A stretch of DNA of 64,000 nt, from the NCBI GenBank assembly GCA_963720755.1, contig CAVRGP010000001.1:71968-135967 (forward strand), read 5' to 3'. This DNA comes from an uncultured Chloroflexia bacterium. Lineage in GTDB: Bacteria; Chloroflexota; Limnocylindria; Limnocylindrales; CSP1-4. Below the pieces are notes generated by a model that was not told the origin of the DNA, ran no database searches, and saw only the letters and a program-made list of their open reading frames with translations. Shown piece after piece: positions 44,260 through 52,839 of this stretch; the stretch's first letter is position 1, and each line of letters starts with the position of its first letter. The position numbers were made by a program, and so were the translations under genes.

Positions 44260-45090
44260 ATGCGGATCGTCGTGACCGGCGGCAGCGGCAAGGGCGGAGC
44301 CTGGGTCGTCCGCGACCTGCGCGACCACGGCCACGACGTCCTCAACGTCGACGTGCGCCACGACGGCAGTGCCTTCGGGCTGTGCATGGTCGCCGACCTG
44401 ACTGACCTCGGCCAGGCCAAGGACGCACTCGCCGGAGCCGAGGCGGTCATCCATTTCGCGGCCATCCCGGCGCCGGGCCTGCGACCCGAGGGCGAGACCT
44501 TCCGGATCAATGCCCTGTCCACGTACAACGTCTTTACCGCGGCCGTCGAGCACCGGCTGCGTCGAGTCGTCTGGGCGTCGAGCGAGACCGTTCTCGGACT
44601 GCCGTTCGATATCCCGCCGTCCTTCGCGCCCATCGACGAGACGATCGAACCGCGGCCGGAGTCGTCCTACTCGCTGTCGAAACTGGTCGGAGAGACGATG
44701 GCCGGGCAGTTCGCCCGACGGAGTGGGATCGGCTTCGTCGGGCTCCGGATCTCCAACATCATGGAACCGGCCGACTACGCTCTGTTCCCGTCCTACTGGG
44801 ATGACCCGACGATCCGCAAATGGAACCTGTGGGGCTATGTCGACGCGCGCGACGTCGCCCAGGCCGCCCGCCTGGCGCTCGATGCGGAGGTCGAGGGGTC
44901 GGAGATCGCGATCATCGCCGCTGATGACACGGTCATGACCCGGCCCAGCGCCGACCTCATGGCCGAAGTCTTCCCGACGGTCCCCATCCGTCGACCGGTC
45001 GAGGGCCGCGGGACGCTCCTCGCCATCGAGCACGCCAGGCGGCTACTCGGCTACGAGCCTGCACACCACTGGGCGGATCACGTCGGCTGA
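44260..45090 (+). CDS. NAD-dependent epimerase/dehydratase family protein
   Basis: VTGGSGKGG, ASSE, YSLSK (YxxxK), YVDARDVA. GGAGGAG RBS. Confidence 0.9.
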   Translation: MRIVVTGGSGKGGAWVVRDLRDHGHDVLNVDVRHDGSAFGLCMVADLTDLGQAKDALAGAEAVIHFAAIPAPGLRPEGETFRINALSTYNVFTAAVEHRLRRVVWASSETVLGLPFDIPPSFAPIDETIEPRPESSYSLSKLVGETMAGQFARRSGIGFVGLRISNIMEPADYALFPSYWDDPTIRKWNLWGYVDARDVAQAARLALDAEVEGSEIAIIAADDTVMTRPSADLMAEVFPTVPIRRPVEGRGTLLAIEHARRLLGYEPAHHWADHVG

Positions 45091-45100
45091 CCCGCCGACG

Positions 45101-46040
45101 TCAGCTGAGGGACCCGCCCGGGACCATCGAGATCAGGCTCGCGGCATCCGCGATCGGGATCGCAAAGCCCAGGCCTTCCGCCCCGGACGACACAGCCGTG
45201 TTGATCCCGATGACCTTGCCGCCAGCGTCGAGCAGCGGTCCGCCGCTGTTGCCCGGATTGATCGCCGCATCGGTCTGGAGAAGGCCGGTCAGGGTGACCG
45301 GCCGACCCGTCACGTCATCGGTCACCGTGATGGTCCGGCCCGTGGCGGAGAGGATGCCCTTGGTCACCGACTCGGTGAACGTTCCGAGCGGGCTCCCAAT
45401 GGCGATGGTCGTCTCGCCGACCTGGAGCGACGCCGAGTCCCCGATCGTGGCAGGGCTCAGGCCCGTCGCGTCCACCTTGATGAGCGCGAGGTCCTTGTCG
45501 GTCAATTCCTTGACGATGGTCGCGGGGAATTGCTCGCCGTCGGCGAGTTCCACGGTGAGCGACTGGCTGCCGTCCACGACGTGCCGATTGGTCAGGATGT
45601 ATCCGCCACCCGACAGGATCACGCCGGAACCGACGCCGGTCGACGGGATCTGGCCGAAGCCGCAGCCCTGAGAATCCCTCGGAGGTGATCGTCACGACCG
45701 AATCCCGAACCGACGCGACCATGTCGGTCAGGGTCGGCACGGCGGCGTAGGTGGCGGACGCTGCGGCGACCGCCACCGCGCCATTCGTCGTCGGCGTCGG
45801 CGCCTTGCCCGCGGCGAGCGGACCCGTGACGATGGCCGCCGTGCCGCCCGCGGCGAGGACCGCGGACAGGACGGCGACGGAGACGACCGATGCCATCCCC
45901 CCACGGTTGGATGACGGTCGTCGGGGAGAGGCGAGAGACGCGGGGATCGGGGCGCTCGGCAGCTGACCCGGTTCGACGCGTGGGCTCGGGGTCGACGGTG
46001 TCAGCGGCTCAGCTGTCGACTGGCGGTCTTGCTCGAACAT
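45101..46040 (-). CDS. Membrane-anchored HtrA/PepD-like trypsin serine protease without PDZ, frameshifted near 45660
   Basis: Catalytic motifs TNRHVV, DLALIK, AINPGNSGGP in ORF 45101..45622. TM helix and SVVTI in ORF 45315..46040. The frames differ by one base. Confidence 0.85.
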
Positions 46041-46085
46041 CGTCGACTCCGATCGTGATCATGTGTCCATCTGCGTATCGAGGCT

Positions 46086-46964
46086 TCAGCCCGCCGCGTT
46101 CGTCGGGGCCGGGGTCGCATCGGGATCCGCCGGCGAGTCGGGGAACCCCGGCTTTCCGTCCCAGCCCGGCCCACCGTGGCCGTGGAACGTGCCGGTGGCG
46201 ACGTCGGCTGCGTCCAGTGAACCATCCGATCGCTGCGTACCCTCGGCCATGATGAACGAACCGACGGTGATGTCGGTCTTGGCGCCGGCCGCGCCGTCCA
46301 CCTTGTAGGTCGTGTTGGCATCGACATGGACGACGCTCGTCGTACCGCCCGGCAGGGTGATCGTCAGGGTGTTGCCGTCGATGGCGGAGACTTGTCCGGC
46401 GACGCTCGGCAGGACAACGACGATGTTCGTCACCGTGTACGTCCCATCGGCGTTCCTCTGCTGCGAGAAGCGGACCTGGTCGCCTTGCTTGAGATCCGAG
46501 GCGGCGATCGTCGACCCACCCTTGGTGATGACGGTCGAGTCCGTGATCGAGATCGTCCGCGACCACCCGTCCTCGGTCTGCAACTTCACGTCCGTGCCGT
46601 TGATCGAGGCGATCGTGATGTCACGCCCGCCGATGCCGAAGCCTCCCCGACCGTCGAAGCCAGGCCCGAACCCACCCATCGGTCCCATTGCGCTGCCACG
46701 CCATGGACCCATCCGACCCGGGTCAGCATTGGGATCGGTCGTCGGGTTCGTGGTCGGCGCCGTCGGGTCCGCACCCGTGGCCGGGGTCGGTGACGCACCC
46801 ATCGCCGCGATCGCGCCGACCGCCACGAGCAGGGCGGACCCAGCAAGAACGCCGGCCCGGACCGCCGTCGACGGCCCCCTGGCTGGGACGACCGGCTCCT
46901 GGAAGGCGACCCCGTCGGTCACCTCGTCGGTCGTTGGGACCCCGTTGGCATCGAACTCGGTCAT
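46086..46964 (-). CDS. Membrane-anchored protein with two DUF5666-like domains
   Basis: TM helix, Gly/Pro-rich linker, two repeats (ITIASINGTD..DLKQGDQV; GQVSAIDGNTLTI..DITVGSFI.AEG..DGSLDA). GGAG RBS. Confidence 0.75.
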   Translation of the reverse strand: MTEFDANGVPTTDEVTDGVAFQEPVVPARGPSTAVRAGVLAGSALLVAVGAIAAMGASPTPATGADPTAPTTNPTTDPNADPGRMGPWRGSAMGPMGGFGPGFDGRGGFGIGGRDITIASINGTDVKLQTEDGWSRTISITDSTVITKGGSTIAASDLKQGDQVRFSQQRNADGTYTVTNIVVVLPSVAGQVSAIDGNTLTITLPGGTTSVVHVDANTTYKVDGAAGAKTDITVGSFIMAEGTQRSDGSLDAADVATGTFHGHGGPGWDGKPGFPDSPADPDATPAPTNAAG

Positions 46965-47043
46965 CTGGAACTCCCGAACGTGTCGTCTTGATGTCCACGA
47001 TCCGTGATGGACCGCGACGTTGGATCGAGTATCTCGACCGTTT

Positions 47044-47060
47044 CTTGGAGCGTTCTGAGA
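47044..47060 (-). promoter_or_regulatory. Direct-repeat box upstream of the DUF5666-htrA operon
   Basis: Minus strand gcgcTCTCAGaacgcTCCAAG closely matches gcgcTCTCAGaaagcCTTCAG at 2312-2332. Confidence 0.5.
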
Positions 47061-47097
47061 GCGCCGACATCGACGATCGGCAGGCGGATCCCACCAC

Positions 47098-47127
47098 TTG
47101 ACATGTGACTCATTAGTCACCTATTGT
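47098..47127 (+). promoter_or_regulatory. Sigma70-type promoter with palindromic operator for the ArsR-SRPBCC gene
   Basis: TTGACA (47098) -18 nt- TATTGT (47122). Inverted repeat GTGACT-N4-AGTCAC at 47105-47120. ATG lies 7 nt after the -10. Confidence 0.7.
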
Positions 47128-47134
47128 TCCGCGC

Positions 47135-47890
47135 ATGGACGAGGTATTCAGGGCGCTCGCGGATCCGACCCGACGCAGCCTGCTCGATGCGCTGTTCCGT
47201 GACGACGGGCAGACGTTGGGTGAGCTTGCCGATCGGTTCTCGATGACCCGGTTCGGGGTGATGAAGCACCTCCAGGTGCTCGAGGACGCTGGCCTGGTCG
47301 TGACCAGGCGACGTGGCCGCGAGAAGCTGCACTTCCTGAACCCGGTCCCGATCAGGCTCGTCCACGACCGGTGGGTGAGCAAATACGCCGAGCCGTGGGT
47401 CTCGGCCCTCAGCGAACTCAAGCAGCGATTGGAGCGACCGATGGAGAAGATCTATGAGATCTACATCAAGACGACCCCGGAGCGACTGTGGGAAGCCATC
47501 ACCGACACGGACATCCGGAGCAAGTACCAGTTCGGGGCGAAGGTGACCTCCGATTGGACTGTCGGGGGGCGCGTCGAGATGACCAACCCGAAGTCAGGGG
47601 GGCCGTTGGCAGAAGGCGAGATCCTCGAGATCGATCCCCCGCGACGACTCGTCCAGACGATGGTCGCGCTGTGGGGCGACGACGTGAAGTCCGAGGGTTC
47701 GTCCAGGGTCACCTGGGAGATCGAACCCGTCGGTGATTCCTGTCATCTCACCGTCACCCACGACCAGTTGCGCGAGGGCGCGAACGAGCAGCTGTATGGC
47801 GGCTGGCCGATGATCCTGTCCGGGCTGAAGACCTGGCTCGAGACCGGAGCGTTGCTCACGACGCCGGGTTCCCTGCTGTATGTGAGCTGA
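47135..47890 (+). CDS. ArsR/SmtB HTH regulator fused to SRPBCC (AHSA1) domain
   Basis: VFRALADPTRRSLL..MKHLQVLEDAGLV..RRGRE, then IYIKTTPERLWEAIT..GWPMILSGLKT. Confidence 0.9.
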   Translation: MDEVFRALADPTRRSLLDALFRDDGQTLGELADRFSMTRFGVMKHLQVLEDAGLVVTRRRGREKLHFLNPVPIRLVHDRWVSKYAEPWVSALSELKQRLERPMEKIYEIYIKTTPERLWEAITDTDIRSKYQFGAKVTSDWTVGGRVEMTNPKSGGPLAEGEILEIDPPRRLVQTMVALWGDDVKSEGSSRVTWEIEPVGDSCHLTVTHDQLREGANEQLYGGWPMILSGLKTWLETGALLTTPGSLLYVS

Positions 47891-47910
47891 CCCGGACGTA
47901 TCCTGTGCCG

Positions 47911-48383
47911 ATGCAGACGGCGACCGCGGACCGGGACATCGTGTCCTGGGACGAGCTCGACCGGCTCATCGCCGGACTGGCCGACCGACTGGCCGGATCG
48001 TCGTTCGATCTGATGCTGGCGATCACCCGCGGCGGTCTCGTGCCGGCGGGGATGCTCGCCTATCGACTGCGGATCCGGAACATCCTCGTTGCCGCCGTCG
48101 AGTTCTACGACGACGAGGGGAAGCCGGGTCCGCATCCGACGTTCCTGCAGTTCCCGGCAGATCCGCAACTCCGTGGCCATAGCGCATCCTCGTCGTCGAC
48201 GAGGTCTGGGACAGCGGTACGACCATCTTTGCCGTGACCCAACGAGTGCGGCAGGCGGGCGGGATCCCGACGACGGCCGTCCTGCACTACAAGCCGGCTC
48301 GATCGGTGGTCACGGAGGTCCCGGATTTCCACGCCGTCTCGACCGACGCCTGGGTCGTCTATCCCTTCAAGGCGGGCGGCTGA
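47911..48383 (+). CDS. Type I phosphoribosyltransferase (purine PRT-like), frameshifted near 48180
   Basis: LAITRGGLVP in the first frame. PRPP motif ILVVDEVWDSGTT and WVVYPF in the next frame, ending at TGA 48381-48383. Confidence 0.82.
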
Positions 48384-48459
48384 GCGGCTACCATGTCGGT
48401 CGGCCCAGGCCCGACCGAGCCAGCCACCAGACTGAACCAGCCAAGCAGAGGTGGGACCG

Positions 48460-49539
48460 ATGACCCGAGTCCAGTTGCTCGTCGGCACGAAGAAGGGTGC
48501 GTTCATCTTCGAAAGCGGGCCCGAGCGTCGGGAATGGACCCAGCGCGGACCGCTGTGCGAGGGCTGGCCGGTCCATGACCTGATCGTGGAGCCGGACACC
48601 GGGGCGATCCTTGCCGCCGCGGGGAACCCCTGGTTCGGTCCTGCGGTCTGGCGATCCGAGGACGGTGGCGCCACCTGGTCGCATTCGTCCAGCGGCCTCA
48701 CCTACGGCGATACGGGCGAGTCGATCACGACCGTCTGGTCATTGGCAGCCACGCCGGATGGCGGGCTGTTGGCCGGGGTCGAGCCGGCCGGGCTCTTCCG
48801 AAGCGACGATCGCGGGGCCACGTGGCGGCATATCGAGGGCCTGACCAAGCATCCGACCCGTCCCACCTGGGGCCCGGGTGCCGGTGGGCTCATCCTCCAT
48901 ACGGTCATCCCCCACCCGACCGATCCGGATCGGACGTGGATCGGGATCTCCGCCGTCGGCGTGTTCGAGACCCGTGACGGCGGTTTGACCTGGGAACCGC
49001 GCAACGTCGGCGTCCGGGCCGAGTTCAATCCCGAGGACCGGTTCCCGGTCACCGGCCAGTGCGTCCACAAGTTCGCGATGGCCGCGGGCGAGCCCGAGAC
49101 GCTCTATCAGCGCAATCACTGCGGCGTCTACCGATCGGACGACGGTTCCGAGACGTGGCAGGAGATCACCGGGAACCTGCCGACGGACTTCGGCTTCTCG
49201 ATGGTGTCGCACCCACGCGATCCGAGCACCTGCTGGATCATCCCGCTCAGCGCCGCCGACGAGGGCCGCTACATGCCCGGTGGCCAGGCGGCCGTCTGGC
49301 GAACGCATGACCGGGGTGCCTCGTGGATCCGCTCCGACGCGGGTCTGCCGCAACGGGACGCCTACCTCTCGGTCCTGCGCGAGGCGATGGCCCGGGACAC
49401 GCTCGATCCGGTCGGGATCACCTTCGGGACCGCCAACGGCCAGCTCTGGCATAGCGCCGACGAGGGCCTGACCTGGCAGTTGATCACGGACACGCTGCCG
49501 GAGATCTGGGGCGTCGAGAGCGTCGTCCTCGAGGACTGA
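48460..49539 (+). CDS. BNR/Asp-box repeat beta-propeller protein (sialidase/YCF48-like)
   Basis: Repeated S/T-x-D-x-G-x-T-W boxes (RSEDGGATW, RSDDRGATW, TRDGGLTW, SDDGSETW, SADEGLTW), LLVGTKKG, GQCVHK, NHCGVY. Confidence 0.85.
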   Translation: MTRVQLLVGTKKGAFIFESGPERREWTQRGPLCEGWPVHDLIVEPDTGAILAAAGNPWFGPAVWRSEDGGATWSHSSSGLTYGDTGESITTVWSLAATPDGGLLAGVEPAGLFRSDDRGATWRHIEGLTKHPTRPTWGPGAGGLILHTVIPHPTDPDRTWIGISAVGVFETRDGGLTWEPRNVGVRAEFNPEDRFPVTGQCVHKFAMAAGEPETLYQRNHCGVYRSDDGSETWQEITGNLPTDFGFSMVSHPRDPSTCWIIPLSAADEGRYMPGGQAAVWRTHDRGASWIRSDAGLPQRDAYLSVLREAMARDTLDPVGITFGTANGQLWHSADEGLTWQLITDTLPEIWGVESVVLED

Positions 49540-49541
49540 CC

Positions 49542-49811
49542 GTGGCGACGGTCCTGTTGCCACGCTCGCTGCTGGCCCTGTTCCCGGGTGTCGAAAAGCG
49601 CCACGATGTCGCCGGCGAGAGCGTCGGCCAGTTGATCGACACGCTTGACGGGAGCGTCCCCGGCCTGCGCGATCGGCTGGTGGAGGCCGGGCCGAGGCTG
49701 CGCCGGCACATCAACGTCTTCGTCGACGGGGAGCCGGCGGCGCTGGACACCTCCGTGGGCCCGGATTCGGTCATCCACGTGATCCCGGCGGTATCGGGGG
49801 GCGGTGACTGA
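49542..49811 (+). CDS. MoaD/ThiS family ubiquitin-like protein
   Basis: LRRHINVFVDG, VIPAVSGG followed by GD. Confidence 0.88.
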   Translation: MATVLLPRSLLALFPGVEKRHDVAGESVGQLIDTLDGSVPGLRDRLVEAGPRLRRHINVFVDGEPAALDTSVGPDSVIHVIPAVSGGGD

Positions 49812-49814
49812 GGA

Positions 49815-51398
49815 TCAGCCTGCTGGGTGGGCCGGCCAATCGAACGGGTCGAACGAGTCGAGCCGCTCGGCCACCGACACATCGGGTCCACTCCGCCGCC
49901 GCGCGTCGCCGGGCGGGTCGCCCGCGATCGCACGCCAACCCTCGTCGGCGAGGTGGGTCAAGGTCGCCACGGCCGCCCTGACCATGCCGTTGGCATGCTC
50001 GAGCGCCACGCCCGTCAGGCCTCCCGTCTGGATGGCTCCGGCGACCTCCGTCGAGATGGTGGCCGCGCTCCGTGCGGCGGCCAGGGTCACCGCGTCGTCG
50101 GCTCGCTCGTGAGGCGTCCGCACGATCATCGCGACGTCGCCAGCATGAACGGAAGCCGCGGCCTGGACCCAGGGCCAGGCCCCTGGCCGGCCCGCGCCGA
50201 TCCCAGGCTCGACGAACGCGATCGGGTGGCCCGGGAACAGGGCCCTTCGGACGGAGACCTCGGCAATGGCCCGGGCGCCCGGATCGGGTTCCTCGGTCAG
50301 CCAGGCCGGCAGTCCTCCGACGATGATCGAACTCGGATCAAGGCCATCCGCCCGCGCGAGTCCGACGGCGAGGACCTGAAGGGCGAGGGCCCGACCGGCC
50401 CGCGTGGCCGGATCGGACGGTACGCCCGTCGACAGGTCGGGCGCGACCGCGAGTGGTCCGGCGCCGATCAGGATGGCGGTACCGGCACGACGCGCCAGCC
50501 GGTGGGCGAAGGCGTGATCGGCCAGCGCGCGATCGGGCGTGACCGCATCGGACATGATCTCGGCCATCGCGTCCGATTCGATCACGTCGATCCGTTCGAA
50601 GGCGGCGACCACGGCACCCTCCGGGGCTCCGAGGGCCGGGACCGACGTCAGCAGCCGGACGTAGCCACGGCGTTCCGCCGCCGCCTCGTCGACCGCCTCG
50701 CGGAGCATGGTCAGTGCGCGCTGGCTGCCGGTCGGGATGGGTTCGGGCCGATGCGGATCGACGGAAGGCCCCGGTCGCCACTCACGCTTCGCCCGGGCAG
50801 CAGCGGTCAGCCGATCCGCCAGCTCCCGTCCGATCGGGACGTCGATCCGGATGCAGTCGAGGCCGGCATCGATCAGGGTCACCGCCTCCTCGACCGCCCG
50901 CTCGATCTCGGGCTCCCGAAGGGTGGTGGCGAGCCAGGGTCTGGGTGCGTCGCCGAGCACCGCGAGCGTTTCGTGTCGGACCGTCCGCTCGGCATCGATC
51001 CGGTCGAGTGCCGCCGACGCGAGCCGGCGGGCCTCGGCCTCGGCCACAGTACGTCGATCACGCTCACGGAGCAGTTCCACCTCAAGACCCAGGTCGACCG
51101 CCCCGGACGCGATGTCGAGTGCGAGTTGGCGCGGTTCCAGGTCGTATTCGAGGAGGGCCATCGCGAAGGGCAGGGCGATCCCCGTGGTCAACCCTCGTGG
51201 GTCACCGGCCAGCCAGCGATCGACGGTGGAGGCCCCCAGTGGGCGGCCGGCCGCGTCCACGTCATCCACCCCGAACAAGCGCAGGATCGCCCGCTCCTGA
51301 CCCCGCGTCGTCGACGCCCTGGCGCGGGCCCCCCATGCCCCAGCCAGCGCGTCGGCGCGGGCGATCAGGCCATCAAGATCGCGCCAGTCGGCCGTCAT
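49815..51398 (-). CDS. Divergent lysine 5,6-aminomutase alpha subunit (KamD)-like protein
   Basis: TT...ERAILRLFGVD.VD..G.PL, LREAVDE.AAE..GYVRL, PE.AVVAAFERIDV and R.LADH.F resemble KamD as I recall it. Catalytic motifs appear degenerate. Confidence 0.6.
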   Translation of the reverse strand: MTADWRDLDGLIARADALAGAWGARARASTTRGQERAILRLFGVDDVDAAGRPLGASTVDRWLAGDPRGLTTGIALPFAMALLEYDLEPRQLALDIASGAVDLGLEVELLRERDRRTVAEAEARRLASAALDRIDAERTVRHETLAVLGDAPRPWLATTLREPEIERAVEEAVTLIDAGLDCIRIDVPIGRELADRLTAAARAKREWRPGPSVDPHRPEPIPTGSQRALTMLREAVDEAAAERRGYVRLLTSVPALGAPEGAVVAAFERIDVIESDAMAEIMSDAVTPDRALADHAFAHRLARRAGTAILIGAGPLAVAPDLSTGVPSDPATRAGRALALQVLAVGLARADGLDPSSIIVGGLPAWLTEEPDPGARAIAEVSVRRALFPGHPIAFVEPGIGAGRPGAWPWVQAAASVHAGDVAMIVRTPHERADDAVTLAAARSAATISTEVAGAIQTGGLTGVALEHANGMVRAAVATLTHLADEGWRAIAGDPPGDARRRSGPDVSVAERLDSFDPFDWPAHPAG

Positions 51399-52156
51399 CC
51401 GGGATCCTCCGGGCCCGTTCGGGCCTGCTGGCCGATCCAGACGTGCCCGTCCTCGAACCTTTCGGCCTTCCAGATCGGGGCGCGGGCCTTGGTCTCGTCG
51501 ATGGCGTAGCGCGCGGCGTCGAAGGCGTCCGCGCGATGTCCGGCCACGGCAACGACCGCGATCGATGCCTCGCCCAACGGGACCTCTCCGGTGCGGTGGA
51601 TGATGGCCAGGCCATCCACACCGAAGCGTGACTCGATCTCATCGGCGATCGCGGCGAGGGTCTTGAGGGCAAGGGGTTCGAGGGCCTCGTATTCGAGCGA
51701 CTCGACGGTCCTGCCGGCATGCCGAGCCGCTTCGGCTTCCTGCCCGGGGGCAGGCGTTCCGGGTGTCGATCTGGTGCGGCCCACGAACCCGACGACCGCG
51801 CCATCCTCGGCGACCGCGAGCTCGCTGGCCAGTTCGTCGACGATCGCCAGCGTGAACGGCGTCTCCCGGATCTCGAGGATCCGGCGCCGAGCCCGATCGG
51901 GGCCGGATCCGCCGGAGACGGGCGGGATCATGGCGACCTCATCGCCGTCAGCCAGCGTCGTATCCGGCTCGGCGTAGTCGCCGTTCCGGGCGAACCGAAG
52001 GGATGAACGGCCCGGCGCGAGGACCGGGTAACGCTCGACCAGCGCGGACCAGGCGGTTTCCACGTCCGCGCCGTCGGCGAGCTCAAGAGGCACCAGGCGG
52101 GCGCCCGCCATCTCCCGTTGGACGGCGAACAGGCGGACCCGGACATGCACAGTCAC
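51395..52156 (-). CDS. Fused molybdopterin synthase MoaD-MoaE (MoaX-like)
   Basis: VRLFA..RE, IPPVSGG (MoaD), then GAVVGFVG, LEYEA, HRTGEV, HRADAF, KARAPIWKAE (MoaE). Confidence 0.92.
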   Translation of the reverse strand: MTVHVRVRLFAVQREMAGARLVPLELADGADVETAWSALVERYPVLAPGRSSLRFARNGDYAEPDTTLADGDEVAMIPPVSGGSGPDRARRRILEIRETPFTLAIVDELASELAVAEDGAVVGFVGRTRSTPGTPAPGQEAEAARHAGRTVESLEYEALEPLALKTLAAIADEIESRFGVDGLAIIHRTGEVPLGEASIAVVAVAGHRADAFDAARYAIDETKARAPIWKAERFEDGHVWIGQQARTGPEDPG

Positions 52157-52160
52157 GGCG

Positions 52161-52832
52161 TCAGGCGCGCCTCGATGCGATCAGCAGGCCATCCCCGACG
52201 GGCAGGATCGTGGCACTGAACCGCGCGTCGGCGAGGACGGCGGCATCGAAGGCGCGGAGCGCAACCGTACTTGGATCATCCGCCGCCACGGCCCTGGAGC
52301 CCGAGACTCGCCCGCTCCAGAGAACGTTGTCGGCCACGACCAACGCATCCGGCGCCAACCGGCCGTCGAGCAGCGCCTCGAGATAGTGGAGATATTCCGG
52401 CTTGAGAGCGTCGATGAACGCGAGGTCGAACGGGCCGGCAAGAGCCGGGCTGGCGGACGCGAACGCATCGAGAGCCGGTGCATTGACGACCGTGATCCGG
52501 TCGTCGGCGATCCCGCCCTGGCGCCACCAGCCGCGGGCCAGGTCCGTCCGCTCGCGATCGGGATCGATCGTCACGATCGTCCCATCCTCGGGTTGACCCA
52601 GGGCCAGCCAGAGCGTCGAGTAGCCGTAGGCGGTGCCGACCTCGACGATCCGACGACGACCGGCGGCCAGCACCTGGAGGACCCGACCCGCGTCACGATC
52701 GACGATCGGGATGTGGTTCGGGGCGGCCGCCGCCTCGATGGCCGCCAAGGCGGCGGGCACCGGTCTCGCCACCGACGCGATCCAGTCAAGGTCGACGGCA
52801 TCCGGGATCCAGTCTCTGTCCTGCTTGCTCAT
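52161..52832 (-). CDS. Class I SAM-dependent O-methyltransferase (caffeoyl-CoA OMT/TrmR-like)
   Basis: VEVGTAYGYSTL, FDLAFIDA.K, VADNVLWSG, PVGDGL. Confidence 0.9.
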   Translation of the reverse strand: MSKQDRDWIPDAVDLDWIASVARPVPAALAAIEAAAAPNHIPIVDRDAGRVLQVLAAGRRRIVEVGTAYGYSTLWLALGQPEDGTIVTIDPDRERTDLARGWWRQGGIADDRITVVNAPALDAFASASPALAGPFDLAFIDALKPEYLHYLEALLDGRLAPDALVVADNVLWSGRVSGSRAVAADDPSTVALRAFDAAVLADARFSATILPVGDGLLIASRRA

Positions 52833-52839
52833 TCGAACC

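Noticed and set aside
48396-48418. Hairpin TCGGTCGG-N7-CCGACCGA as an intrinsic terminator
   Set aside because: There is no U-tract on either strand, and it lies just after a TACCAT -10-like hexamer. Function unsupported.
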